This document shows positions 45,090-55,656 of a DNA stretch of 64,000 nt, piece after piece. Made by a program: the position numbers and the translations under genes. Origin of the DNA: an uncultured Nitrososphaeraceae archaeon. Its GTDB lineage: Archaea > Thermoproteota > Nitrososphaeria > Nitrososphaerales > Nitrososphaeraceae. The stretch covers positions 256,001 to 320,000 of the forward strand of contig CAWIMJ010000050.1 in the NCBI GenBank assembly GCA_963837175.1, in the 5' to 3' direction. A model generated the notes under the pieces. It did not search any database. It had not been told where the DNA came from and saw only the letters and a list, made by a program, of their open reading frames with translations. Numbering within the stretch: the stretch's first letter is position 1; each line of letters opens with the position of its first letter.

Positions 45090-46442
45090 ATGACTGATTG
45101 GGATTTGTTGACTCCTGGTATAGGACTTACTTCTATAGGGATTGTGGGAGTGGGGATTGCCCTCTCTGGTATTGCCAAGACATTTCTAGATGGGATGCAT
45201 GCCGTTTCTTTACTGACGATGTTTTTTGGTATGATTTTTCTTGCGTCCGGTTTGTTCAAAGATGGTTTTCCAACCTCAGGAAGGGCAAAGTCAGCTACAT
45301 TTATTACACTTGGTTTTCTAGTAACTTTTGGCTTTACAGCAGCCGTAACTGGCGGTACGCAGACTCCAAGTATTTACGCATATATAGGCTTGATGATGTT
45401 GATTTCGATTCCTGCCACGGTTCTTGTTGTTGCATCTTATAAAAGGACTCCATATATCAAAGCGCTTGCAGTAATTTTCATTGGAGCTGCAATAGTCGGA
45501 GGTTCTGTATTCTATGCATTTGGATTAGTTACACCAAAAACTCCAGGTGGAGAGGAACAGAAGGGAAATACAACCGGGAATAATAGTCAAGAGAAAAAAC
45601 AACAACAACAACAAACTAATAAACCAGTAGAATTGACAAAGGTAACAATATTGCCTGGTGCCTCTGCACAAGGAAATCCATCTTATGATCCAGCGGATCT
45701 CAAGGTTCCAATAGGAGCAGGAATACAGTGGATAAATAATGACAACGTTCCGCATACTGTCACAAGTTTAAAGGATGATGGTAAATCATTTGACTCTTCT
45801 ATAATAAAACCTAATGGAAATTATACACTTGATACATCAGCATTAGGTAACTCGGAATATGAATATTTTTGTACTATCCATCCTTATATGAAAGCCAAAT
45901 TTATAATGAGTACAGGTGCTCCTTCTGCACTGGCCCCAATCGCTCAGAATAATTCTAGTTCTGGAAATACTTCTACAACTGGATCCGAACAGACTACTGC
46001 TGACGTTACTATGAACAATACCTCAATTGGAAATAGTAGTAGAGAGGAAATTAGTACTGCTAAAAATAATAATTATACAAAGGAACAGCCACAAGTATCT
46101 AATACAAATGAAACTTCATCTACTAATATGACAGCCGGTATAGCTACTTCTTCTATCTCAACAGTTTCCATAGCTTCTGGAGCTTCTCTACCATCTAATC
46201 GAGAATTCTATGTTCCAAAGATTGTAGAAACCAGTGTAGGAAGTATGATTACCTGGAAGAATGAAGACTTTACACCTCATACTGTGACCTCGGGAAACAT
46301 GACTACAGGAAAGACTGGGGTTTTTGACTCAAACATTATGCAAAAAGGATCTACCTTTTCATTCTTATTTGATAAAGTTGGTGACTATAATTACTTCTGC
46401 GCAATTCATCCCTTTATGACGGGTAGAATTGTCGTAAAATAA
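45090..46442 (+). CDS. Membrane protein with about 5 N-terminal TM helices and two plastocyanin-like cupredoxin domains
   Basis: Two PHTVTS...YFCxIHPxM type-1 Cu sites separated by an S/T/N-rich linker. Confidence 0.9.
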   Translation: MTDWDLLTPGIGLTSIGIVGVGIALSGIAKTFLDGMHAVSLLTMFFGMIFLASGLFKDGFPTSGRAKSATFITLGFLVTFGFTAAVTGGTQTPSIYAYIGLMMLISIPATVLVVASYKRTPYIKALAVIFIGAAIVGGSVFYAFGLVTPKTPGGEEQKGNTTGNNSQEKKQQQQQTNKPVELTKVTILPGASAQGNPSYDPADLKVPIGAGIQWINNDNVPHTVTSLKDDGKSFDSSIIKPNGNYTLDTSALGNSEYEYFCTIHPYMKAKFIMSTGAPSALAPIAQNNSSSGNTSTTGSEQTTADVTMNNTSIGNSSREEISTAKNNNYTKEQPQVSNTNETSSTNMTAGIATSSISTVSIASGASLPSNREFYVPKIVETSVGSMITWKNEDFTPHTVTSGNMTTGKTGVFDSNIMQKGSTFSFLFDKVGDYNYFCAIHPFMTGRIVVK

Positions 46443-46453
46443 AGAAAAGAGTA

Positions 46454-46897
46454 ATGAAAAATTTAAGTAGAGAAACGCAGAACCGAATCAAGTCCTTAAT
46501 TCTTACTCAAATAGAACTTAACAAATTAGTATATTTTGCGAATAAATCATTACCCAATGAATCTTGTGCACTTTTACTGGGCAACTATAATAACGAAAAT
46601 GAAATCAAGGTTATTGACTCACTTGCAATGAGAAATTCTGATGAATCACCTAGAAGCTTTAGAATAGAATCTCAAGAATTAATTAACGGGTATTTGACAG
46701 CAGAGAAGATGAATTTAAATGTAGTTGGAATATTTCATTCACATCCCGCTCCGCCTATCCCGTCGTCAACAGATAAAATTTTTATGGAAATTAATCCTGT
46801 CGTATGGTTGATCTATTCTACTCTTATTAATCAATCTAGAGCATATATTTTTGAACAAAAGATACGCGAAGTGCAATTAAAAGTGATTAAGGAGTAA
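46454..46897 (+). CDS. JAMM/MPN+ metalloprotease (desampylase-like)
   Basis: PNESCALL, GIFHSHP...PSSTD (HxH-x7-S-x2-D). Confidence 0.9.
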   Translation: MKNLSRETQNRIKSLILTQIELNKLVYFANKSLPNESCALLLGNYNNENEIKVIDSLAMRNSDESPRSFRIESQELINGYLTAEKMNLNVVGIFHSHPAPPIPSSTDKIFMEINPVVWLIYSTLINQSRAYIFEQKIREVQLKVIKE

Positions 46898-48185
46898 GTC
46901 GCTCGGTATCACGAGGGTACAAAACTACGTCCCTAACGTTTTGTGAATTGGTTAATACCATCATAAGTCTGTCAAAACCAAGTCCCCACCCAGAATGTGG
47001 AGGCATTCCCCAATCAAATGCCTTAAGATGTTCTACGAAGTTAGCAGGGTTCAATCCTTGCTCCGCTAATCTTGCTCTCAATTTAGAAGGATCATGCTGT
47101 CGTCTTCCTCCTGAGACCAGCTCCAAATATCCATATTGCAAGTCAAATGACTTTGAAAGCCTTAAATTATCACCTTTTTCATGAATATAAAAGGGCTTTA
47201 ATTCCAGAGGCCAATCCATAATAAAATAAAAGCCTTGATGTTTTTCTCCAAGCTTTCGGAGGGAAGCATCTGATAAGTCACTGCCAAAATCTATCTTTTC
47301 ATCCTCCTGAGCTAGTTGTTCTAAACATTGTTCATATGTCAATCGGTCTATCTTATGCTCAGGAAGAGAGATTTTACTTGCTCCACCAAGTGCTTTTATC
47401 TCTTCCTTGCAATTCTTTAAAAGTCCCGAAAAAAGATTGCGCAGGACTTCTTCGACGATGTCCATAACGTCTTCATAGTCCATAAATGCAGCTTCAATGT
47501 CTATACTTGTAAATTCTGACAGATGCCTCACAGTGTGTGAGTTCTCTGCCCTAAAGTACGGGCCAATTTCAAAGACTTTGTCAAGAGCCAAAGATAATTG
47601 CTCTTTATATAGTTGAGGGCTCTGAGCTAGGTATGCTTTAGTTTTGAAATATTCAAGACTGAATAAATTAGCTCCTCCTTCGCTTGCACTCCCTATAACC
47701 TTTGGAGTAGTAACCTCAACGAACCCTCTCGATCGCAAGGTTTCTCTGATATTATGGAGAGCTTCCGACCTGAGCCGAAAAATGGCAGATATCTTGGGAT
47801 TTCTTAGATCCAGTGCTCTGCAATCCAAGCGTTTATCAAGCGCAGATTCAACTCTACCTGTGGGATCTATTGGCAAAGGCTGAACTGCTTTAGTAAGAAG
47901 TTTAAACTCCTCCACCTTTACCTCTACTGGAAAGTCTTTAGCTTTGGTATTTTGTACCAAGCCTGATAGGATCACAGCGCTCTGTCTTGGCGTTTCTCTT
48001 GCTAGGTCCAAGTTATCTCCTGTAACTATTGCTTGGGCTGCACCAGAACTATCTCTTATAATTAAAAATGCAAGTCTGCCAAGATCGCGTATGTCTTCTA
48101 TCCAACCAGCTATCTTTACTTTATGATCAACCACACTCTGATTCAGATCACTTGTAAAATGTGATCGATGAATACCTTCTATCAT
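46887..48185 (-). CDS. aspS: Aspartyl-tRNA synthetase (archaeal, probably non-discriminating)
   Basis: OB fold, SEGGA, LAQSPQLYK, FRAE...RHLSEF, PPHSGWGLGFDR. Confidence 0.95.
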   Translation of the reverse strand: MIEGIHRSHFTSDLNQSVVDHKVKIAGWIEDIRDLGRLAFLIIRDSSGAAQAIVTGDNLDLARETPRQSAVILSGLVQNTKAKDFPVEVKVEEFKLLTKAVQPLPIDPTGRVESALDKRLDCRALDLRNPKISAIFRLRSEALHNIRETLRSRGFVEVTTPKVIGSASEGGANLFSLEYFKTKAYLAQSPQLYKEQLSLALDKVFEIGPYFRAENSHTVRHLSEFTSIDIEAAFMDYEDVMDIVEEVLRNLFSGLLKNCKEEIKALGGASKISLPEHKIDRLTYEQCLEQLAQEDEKIDFGSDLSDASLRKLGEKHQGFYFIMDWPLELKPFYIHEKGDNLRLSKSFDLQYGYLELVSGGRRQHDPSKLRARLAEQGLNPANFVEHLKAFDWGMPPHSGWGLGFDRLMMVLTNSQNVRDVVLYPRDTERLTP

Positions 48186-48203
48186 AACTTATCTTACTCC
48201 ATT

Positions 48204-48719
48204 TTATCTCCTATTTGACTCTAAATCTACAAGTAGCTCTATATTTCTTACAGTTTTAGTTATTTTCTGTATTTGTTCTACATTAATGTCTGATATTCGC
48301 ATATTCTGTGCGTTGATTATTACCTTAGTTAACTTATTTCCATCTGGAAGCCAAATGAGGTTGATCGTTAGTATTCTAGCCGGAAAGAAAAGGTTTTCTA
48401 GAAATCTCTTATCTGTAGCTTCAGCTTCTATAAACCAAACTTTGCTTTGAAATTGTGCTTGAATTCTTCTAGCCAATTCTGCATTTGCGCGTAAAGTGCT
48501 TAAATCAGATCTTTGTAACACTAAAACTACATCTCCGTTTACTTGATAAGCATTGACCATTGTGAACTTATTGATTTCTTGATCACGTTCTGCTAATTTT
48601 ACAAGTTTCACTGCGCATTCAACATCAACTTGAGTCAAGTGTCCTGACCGAAGTTTATCCTCGCATTTTGAGCAAAGCGTTCCAGTTTTTGCATCAAAAG
48701 AACATATTGGAGTTTTCAA
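48204..48719 (-). CDS. NusA-like transcription factor with N-terminal Cys motif
   Basis: MKTPICSFDAKTGTLCSKCE, LFFPARILTINLIWLPDG. Confidence 0.75.
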   Translation of the reverse strand: MKTPICSFDAKTGTLCSKCEDKLRSGHLTQVDVECAVKLVKLAERDQEINKFTMVNAYQVNGDVVLVLQRSDLSTLRANAELARRIQAQFQSKVWFIEAEATDKRFLENLFFPARILTINLIWLPDGNKLTKVIINAQNMRISDINVEQIQKITKTVRNIELLVDLESNRR

Positions 48720-49166
48720 TGATTATTACTTAATACAAGCTTGGGTTATATCATTCAACTGCCAAATCTTTCTTATATTCATATAATAGAAATGAGTTTA
48801 TTTATTATAATAGAGAAAATAGGATGTTAATCAATCATTTCTATTTTTTAGAAGTTCTATATCTATTGGTTTATATTATATTTTAGAATGTAAATTTCTT
48901 TTTGATAGGATATTTTTAGATTTGAAGGTTTACAAGCATATATATGAAAAAGGCTTATTATTTTTATTTCAATATATTTTTTTTAAACTAGGAATAAGAT
49001 TGAATCCTTATAACGATTATTGGTTAAGTAATATATGTCAGCTCCAACTATTTCTGCCATCTCTAAATGGATATGAACAGATCTTTTTCGACTTTTTATA
49101 AAGAAAGAAACTATATGATTCATTTATTAGACTTCAATGTTAAAGAATGACGGTAGCTGACTCACT

Positions 49167-50120
49167 CTGAAAAATGTAAAACTTTCTGTATCAGAACTCA
49201 AAGCATTCTATTTTACTACTAAGGGTATCATAAAGGCGGTAGACGACATTAATTTTGAAATTTTCGATGGTGAATCCTTAGGAATCGCCGGTGAGTCAGC
49301 ATGTGGAAAGAGTAGCCTTGGCGCTGCTCTTTTAAGAATATTGCAACCGCCTGGGAAGATAGCGAGAGGGAGTATCAAGTTAAATGATGAAGATATTATA
49401 CAACTATCAGATTCTGATTTTGACAAAAAAATTCGTTGGAAAAAGATTTCTATGGTTTTTCAGGGTGCTATGAATACGCTTGATCCTGTTTACACGATAG
49501 GGGATCAAATGAAAGAGATCATGGAGCAACATGAGTTTAAAGGAAATATCAATAGTATAATTTCAGAATCTCTAAAACAAGTTGGATTAGATAAGTCTAC
49601 CGTTGAAAAATACCCTCATCAATTAAGTGGAGGAATGAAACAACGCGTAGTCATAGCAATGGCTCTTCTCCTTGATCCGGAGGTGGTGATCGCAGACGAA
49701 CCGACTACTGCATTAGATGTTCTAGTCCAAGCCCAAATAATGAGTTTGCTGAGAAGATTAAAAAATGAAAAAGGAATGACAATAATTCTTATTACACATG
49801 ACCTTGCTGTTATTTCAGAGATCGCTGATAAGATCGCAATAATGTATGCAGGTCAAATTGTAGAATTTGGAACCTCTTCTAACATATATAAAAACGCTAA
49901 GCATCCGTATACTCAAGCATTACTTTCGGCTATTCCCAAATTGCATTCAACTGACAAGCAAATGCACTTCGTTAAAGGCAGTCCACCAAATCTGTTGAAC
50001 ATAATATCGGGCTGCCGGTTCTATTCGCGATGTCCACATGCAATGGAAATTTGTAAAGAGGATCCACCAGAGATCAAAACAGAAAATAATGGCTATGTAA
50101 GATGCTGGCTTTACAAATAA
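49167..50120 (+). CDS. oppD: Oligopeptide/dipeptide ABC transporter ATPase (OppD/DppD); frame is open upstream of the track start
   Basis: Upstream in-frame KAVDDINF...GESACGKS Walker A, LSGGMKQR, DEPTTALD, HPYTQALL, GCRFYSRC. Confidence 0.88.
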   Translation: MKNVKLSVSELKAFYFTTKGIIKAVDDINFEIFDGESLGIAGESACGKSSLGAALLRILQPPGKIARGSIKLNDEDIIQLSDSDFDKKIRWKKISMVFQGAMNTLDPVYTIGDQMKEIMEQHEFKGNINSIISESLKQVGLDKSTVEKYPHQLSGGMKQRVVIAMALLLDPEVVIADEPTTALDVLVQAQIMSLLRRLKNEKGMTIILITHDLAVISEIADKIAIMYAGQIVEFGTSSNIYKNAKHPYTQALLSAIPKLHSTDKQMHFVKGSPPNLLNIISGCRFYSRCPHAMEICKEDPPEIKTENNGYVRCWLYK

Positions 50121-50327
50121 ATTTGATAAAAATTACACGAAAAATTAAACTAATATGTATTAACCATATTGCTTGTGATAAGCAAATACTATAAAAATAT
50201 CAAGTATAGGATATATTGATCACTCATCTGATAGATGACTGCTGATAAAATTTAATAGACACTTCAGGTATTATTCCCGCTTCTTCTATACTCAGGTTTA
50301 TATCTCAATGGGATGTTTAATTAAACA

Positions 50328-51575
50328 ATGATACAGGAAAGCACTCTCGACGTTTTTAAAATTCGGGAAGATTTTCCAATATTGAAACGTAAGATTAACG
50401 GAAATAAAACACTTGTTTATTTTGACAATGCCGCTACTACACAAAAACCGATTTCAGTTATCAATGCAATTGTTGATTATTATACTAATTACAATTCTAA
50501 TATTCATAGGGCTGTACATCAAATGGCAGAAGAAGCCACACTAGAATTTGAAAGCACGAGACAAAAGGTTGCAGAATTCATTAATGCTCGCTCGACAGAT
50601 GAAATAATCTTTACGCGCAACGCAACTGAGGCGATAAATTTAGTATCATATTCTTGGGGTCGGCCAAATATTAACAAAAATGATATAATCGTAATTACAG
50701 AAATTGAACATCATAGCAATATTGTACCTTGGCAAATTCTTGCTGAGGAAAAAGGAGCACTAGTAGAGTACATCGGAATTGACAATGACGGCTATCTGGA
50801 CATGACAGAATATGAAGAAATTATTCAAAGCGATAAAGTAAAATTGGTTTCCATCAGTCATATGTCAAATGTACTAGGTACTATCGTGCCTATAGAGAAA
50901 ATTATCACTAAGGCTCATAGTAAAGGAATTCCAGTGCTTGTAGATGGAGCTCAATCCGTTCCTCACATGCCAGTAGATGTTCAGAGAATGAATTGTGATT
51001 TTTTGGTGTTCTCTGCCCATAAAATGCTCGGCCCTACAGGTGTCGGCGTTCTATATGTAAAAAGAGAGATACTCGATAAAATAAAGCCGTTTATAGGCGG
51101 AGGAGATATGATAAAAGAAGTCCACAAACATGCGATCGTATATAATGATCTACCCTACCGATTCGAAGGGGGGACTCCTAACATTGCAGATGTGATTGGA
51201 TTTGGATCCGCAATAGATTATCTTAATAAAGTTGGCATGGATAAGGTACGGGAACATGAAATTGATATTACCAGTTATGCCATAAAAGTTGTAACTGATG
51301 TCAAGGGAGTTACACTATATGGTCCCTCTAATCCTAGTCATAGAGGTGGAATATTGTCTTTTAATATTTCTGATATTCATCCACATGACCTTGCTACTAT
51401 AATGAATGAACATGGTGTGGCAATAAGATCCGGACATCATTGTGCGCAGATACTCATGGAACGATTGGATGTCTCAGCAACGTCACGAACAAGTTTTTAT
51501 ATCTATAATACGAAAGAAGAGGTCGATATATTCATCAATGCACTTGATTATGCTAGGAGGGTATTTAAAATATGA
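50328..51575 (+). CDS. sufS: Cysteine desulfurase, SufS type
   Basis: YFDNAATTQKP, EHHSN, DGAQS, SAHKMLGP, RSGHHCA. Confidence 0.95.
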   Translation: MIQESTLDVFKIREDFPILKRKINGNKTLVYFDNAATTQKPISVINAIVDYYTNYNSNIHRAVHQMAEEATLEFESTRQKVAEFINARSTDEIIFTRNATEAINLVSYSWGRPNINKNDIIVITEIEHHSNIVPWQILAEEKGALVEYIGIDNDGYLDMTEYEEIIQSDKVKLVSISHMSNVLGTIVPIEKIITKAHSKGIPVLVDGAQSVPHMPVDVQRMNCDFLVFSAHKMLGPTGVGVLYVKREILDKIKPFIGGGDMIKEVHKHAIVYNDLPYRFEGGTPNIADVIGFGSAIDYLNKVGMDKVREHEIDITSYAIKVVTDVKGVTLYGPSNPSHRGGILSFNISDIHPHDLATIMNEHGVAIRSGHHCAQILMERLDVSATSRTSFYIYNTKEEVDIFINALDYARRVFKI

Positions 51576-52000
51576 GTGACGATATCTATCGAGAAATTAT
51601 CTTAGACCATTACAGAAATCCCCGAAATAAGGGCAAATTACCACAAGCTGATGTTAGTACACACGATAGCAATCCTCTATGTGGAGATGAAATTGACATT
51701 CATTTGAAGGTTGAACAGGGTAAAATCAAGGATATAAAATTTGAAGGCAGAGGGTGTGCAATTAGTCAGGCTAGTGCTTCTATGCTTACTGAAATGGTTA
51801 TGGATAAACCTTTGACTGCAGTTAAGGATCTGGCTAAGGATGATATTTTAGAAAATATCGGACTTATGAACCTCGGACCTGCAAGAATAAAATGTGCTTT
51901 ACTGTCACTAAAAGTGCTCAAGATGGGTATGATAAACTATTATACAGATAAAGATCCTGACTCTGCAAAGAAAATAGAGGATGATTCAAAACTCTATTAA
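51572..52000 (+). CDS. sufU: SufU/IscU-type Fe-S scaffold or sulfur acceptor
   Basis: ILDHYRNPRN, NPLCGD, GCAISQAS, RIKCALL; overlaps the sufS stop. Confidence 0.92.
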   Translation: MSDDIYREIILDHYRNPRNKGKLPQADVSTHDSNPLCGDEIDIHLKVEQGKIKDIKFEGRGCAISQASASMLTEMVMDKPLTAVKDLAKDDILENIGLMNLGPARIKCALLSLKVLKMGMINYYTDKDPDSAKKIEDDSKLY

Positions 52001-52254
52001 CATGACATGTGTATAATATTAAATAAGTTCATGATCTATCCAAACTTTTAATTGTATACATATGTAATAATTACTACGGTAGTTAGCTCAGTAATTTTCA
52101 AATGAAAAGGGCTCGTCAGATTATAGATATATTTCAGGCTGCCAATTCGCATTTTATATTATTTAATGCTGAATATAGGATACATATATGTATCTAAACA
52201 GATCGTTAAAATCTTGTTTATTTTCTCTATGAATAAACAATTAAAAATGAATTA

Positions 52255-52989
52255 TTGTTAGAGTATTTAGTATTGATATTGTCTGATTTTTGGCCATCAT
52301 GGATAATTCCAATCAGGTCAACTCAGTTTTTAGTTTTAGTAATTTCCTTTGTTATTCTTACTATACTAGTAATATCAGGCTCCACGTCAGCTATTGATAC
52401 TGTAATTAGCCGGTACTTCAAGTCTATTCAAGGAAATGAGAAATTAGATGCATTAATGATAACGGTTACCACATTTGGAGATGTTTTCTCATTAGTTATC
52501 ATTGCGATTATTCTCACTATAGTTCGAAGAACTAGAAAAATAGGTATGATTTTTCTGCTATTAATTGTTATACTTACGATTCTTATAATGTATATCAAGC
52601 CGTTGGTGGGTAGGCCAATACCACCATATGGATTCCAACCTGAATTGCAGTTATCTAAAAACTTTGAAATTGAAAATGACAGTCCAGTTCCATTTGCACG
52701 TGATCTGTCCTATCCTTCCAATCATGTGGCGCAAGCAACAGCCTTTGCATTTATTATTGGGTTCGCATTGAATAAAAAATCAAGTACCATCGGATTGATA
52801 ATTTGGTTTTTTCCAACAATCATAGCAATCACCAGATTATATGTAATGCAGCATTATCTGACTGATGTAGTAGGAGGGTTTCTTCTGGGATTGATTGTTT
52901 CTATAGTATTGAGTAATGTAATGAGACTTGACGAACCTTTTTTGATGTCAAGATTCAAAGGAAAAGAAGATCAAACCAGAACCTATTAA
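52255..52989 (+). CDS. PAP2 family membrane phosphatase
   Basis: KxxxxRP, SYPSNH, TRLYVMQHYLTDV. Confidence 0.9.
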   Translation: MLEYLVLILSDFWPSWIIPIRSTQFLVLVISFVILTILVISGSTSAIDTVISRYFKSIQGNEKLDALMITVTTFGDVFSLVIIAIILTIVRRTRKIGMIFLLLIVILTILIMYIKPLVGRPIPPYGFQPELQLSKNFEIENDSPVPFARDLSYPSNHVAQATAFAFIIGFALNKKSSTIGLIIWFFPTIIAITRLYVMQHYLTDVVGGFLLGLIVSIVLSNVMRLDEPFLMSRFKGKEDQTRTY

Positions 52990-53351
52990 TAATCTACTAC
53001 ATTGTTTTTAGCAAAGAATCGTTCTTGAACAGTTGGATTGAAAAGAAGCCAGCCATAATGATTTTCATCATGTATATATCTAATTTCTTTAAGGTTTACT
53101 TTTAGTTTATTCTTCTTTAGAGCCAGCAAGAATTCTGCCTGCAGAGCCAGTCCTATATTTTTGGCTTTTGCTGTTAATAATTCTTCTCCTCTAGGAAGTA
53201 ATAATCGATAGCTGAAATTCCCTTGCTCGGTAAGGTTGGCGTATGCTTGTACCATGTTGATCACAGCGCTGTGAATTACTGAATGATCTACAATATCAAT
53301 TGTTTGATGAACGGGAAAATTTATGTATAAGGAAGGATTTATCTTCGTCAT
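52986..53351 (-). CDS. Hypothetical protein
   Basis: Clean 121-aa ORF with ATG start; no recognisable motif. Confidence 0.65.
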   Translation of the reverse strand: MTKINPSLYINFPVHQTIDIVDHSVIHSAVINMVQAYANLTEQGNFSYRLLLPRGEELLTAKAKNIGLALQAEFLLALKKNKLKVNLKEIRYIHDENHYGWLLFNPTVQERFFAKNNVVDY

Positions 53352-53686
53352 AACATAAATGAAAGCACTCCTGCATAAAATTTTTTAGAAATAAGTGTTT
53401 TCGATTTTGTTTATCTATGGCTGAAGGTCTTAAATTTATTTTATTCTTGTTTTAATGTATATATACACAATTTAGAAATATAGAAAAGTAACTAATTCGT
53501 TCAAATGACTTAATTGTTTACTTTAGTATCTATAGGCATATTAATAATATATCTTTTCATGTCTCCCAAACAAAATAATCTCACCCTTTTAACCCTCGGT
53601 TTTTATTGAAAATATTTCAATAAAATATATTTATACATATATAGCAATATAAATAATGCTCTCTTGTAATAAAAAAGGTATATATA

Positions 53687-54151
53687 TCAATAATTTCTGC
53701 GTTTGGCTGACCAGAAAGCTCTCCCTGATTTTCTCCATTCTCTGTAGTCAGCAAGAATTTGATCATGATCAAACGCAAGTTTTCTCCTTTTTAATTCATC
53801 TACATTCACCCATTCAATATCCTGTGAATCGTCGCCAGGCTTTGGATCTCCGCTGAGAATTGTACCTACGAATACTACCGACAAGATGTGTCCTCTAGGA
53901 TCTCGTTTTGGATCTGAATAAACGCCCAAGATATCAATAGGTTCTACCTCTAATGAGGTCTCTTCGGCTGCTTCACGTTTTACTGCATCTTCTACTTTTT
54001 CGCCTTCATTTACAAAGCCGCCAGGTAAAGCTAGATAATCCTTGAATGGATCTTTTTTTCTTTTTATTAGCAAGATATTAGAATCCTTTTGCAGAATAAC
54101 GTCGACTGTAGGCACAGGATTTTTATGGTCTGCCATACATAAAATATTCAT
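53687..54151 (-). CDS. Nudix hydrolase (ADP-ribose pyrophosphatase-like)
   Basis: PGGFVNEGEKVEDAVKREAAEETSL Nudix box, RDPRGH, LAFDH. Confidence 0.92.
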   Translation of the reverse strand: MNILCMADHKNPVPTVDVILQKDSNILLIKRKKDPFKDYLALPGGFVNEGEKVEDAVKREAAEETSLEVEPIDILGVYSDPKRDPRGHILSVVFVGTILSGDPKPGDDSQDIEWVNVDELKRRKLAFDHDQILADYREWRKSGRAFWSAKRRNY

Positions 54152-54434
54152 TTCATCCTAGTTAATGATATGTACTCTCGCTGTTACGCAAGTGGGAAAG
54201 GCAATGAAATTGGATGATTAGACATCCTTCTTCATTGGTTTGCATTACTCTATTAAATATCATACTTGACGCGGCTCATAAGGTTCCATTTTACAAAGAA
54301 GTTAGATCATCTTGTAATAGTTTTATAAAGAATAAAAAAAGCCAGTAATGTCTTCTACCATAATCATATTTTTTATACTATTTTATACTATACTAACTGC
54401 TCTTAAAAATTGTAATTATGTCTATATTATAATT

Positions 54435-55020
54435 GGCTTTATTCACTTAATTCCCTATTCCACTAAGCATTTCATTGAAGGCATATTATCGACAAAATTT
54501 CTCATTCATCATTTCTTATATGTTTTAGTTTACGGCATCTTTTCTACAAGAAAGATGGTATCCTTCACAAAATATTCAGTTCTGACTTTATATTCGGAAT
54601 TGTTCGCTCAATAATACTTTTGTAATGAAATCAGTCATAATCTGTTTAGCTTAACAAATTAAAAGCATATGATGGATTTATAGTATCTTTCCACAGCACT
54701 ACCATAATCGTCACCACTAGGAATTGAATGTTTTTTTACGTGTCTTCAAATTAAATCTTGTATAAACCGCCCGCAGCAGCAAGTACATCTTTCCCTCATA
54801 ATAAGAAATTCTAATACCAAAAATCAGATTATCTATTCTTCAATTGATATCTATGACTATGCCTATATTGATTGCCAACTTTAAGTAGTTTTTATTTTTA
54901 TCTATGTTATAAATTCAGAAGATGCTTTTCGTTTTTTGTAACGTCGAATCCAATTCGATAATTAAATATGATTATTTTTTATAAACGGAGATAGATGTTC
55001 TCTGATGTTAGTCTATCAGC
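54435..55020 (-). mobile_element. Degenerate IS6-family element, cut at 55021 by a second IS6-like end
   Basis: IR GGCTTTATTCACTTAATT at 54435; minus-strand IIERTI and CTACTTAAAGTTGGCAATCA match the 34.3-kb copy; GGCTCTGT at 55021. Confidence 0.72.
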
Positions 55021-55419
55021 GGCTCTGTCTACACAGCATTAACTACTAGTTCTATAATCATATCTTTTCCTTTATTAGTTGTTTTGTGTATTTCAAAATA
55101 GGTGATATTTAATATATATCACCTTATACATGGAATTAAGCTATATAGTCGCTTAAAATCCATTACTCTATCCGTACATTTTAGATATCTTTGGTTATTA
55201 TTGTAAGATTCAGTGAGATAGTGAATTTTACAAATGTCTTACATTTACAAAATGATTACTATGCTTTGCTGATAGCTCGTATTATTGTTGAAGATGATTT
55301 TTATACTTACGTTATTTTGAATATATCTATTGCTTATAGTTAACTGCCTTTAATGGGTAAGTTGAGTTAAACGATTAAAACGCATTAAATGCACTAATTG
55401 TATTATCTGAATTGTATTC

Positions 55420-55539
55420 ATGTTACCATATGACAATGTAAAGATTAAGATAGCTTAGCGCACTCATAATGACCTGAACACAAGTCAGTACGGAGATACT
55501 ATGGATGATATAGTTAACCGGGCTCTCTCGATAGCATAG
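55420..55539 (+). pseudogene. Ribbon-helix-helix / antitoxin-like small gene with an internal TAG
   Basis: MLPYDNVKIKIA*RTHNDLNTSQYGDTMDDIVNRALSIA resembles archaeal RHH proteins (xIKI...GETxDDIIxR). Confidence 0.45.
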
Positions 55540-55608
55540 GCAAAATGATGAGAAACTGCAACTATAAGAAAAATTATATATTCCGGCATGCTGTAGTGTA
55601 GCCCGTAA

Positions 55609-55656
55609 TTACACGACTTTACACGATTTTAAAAAATTACACGAGATTTTACACCA
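55609..55656 (+). repeat. Cluster of four TTACAC(G/C)A direct repeats
   Basis: TTACACGA at 55609, 55619, 55637 and TTACACCA at 55649. Confidence 0.75.

Noticed and set aside
55579-55592. TTCCGGCATGCT as an att duplication of tRNA-Met
   Set aside because: The match is short, imperfect and inverted relative to the tRNA 3' end
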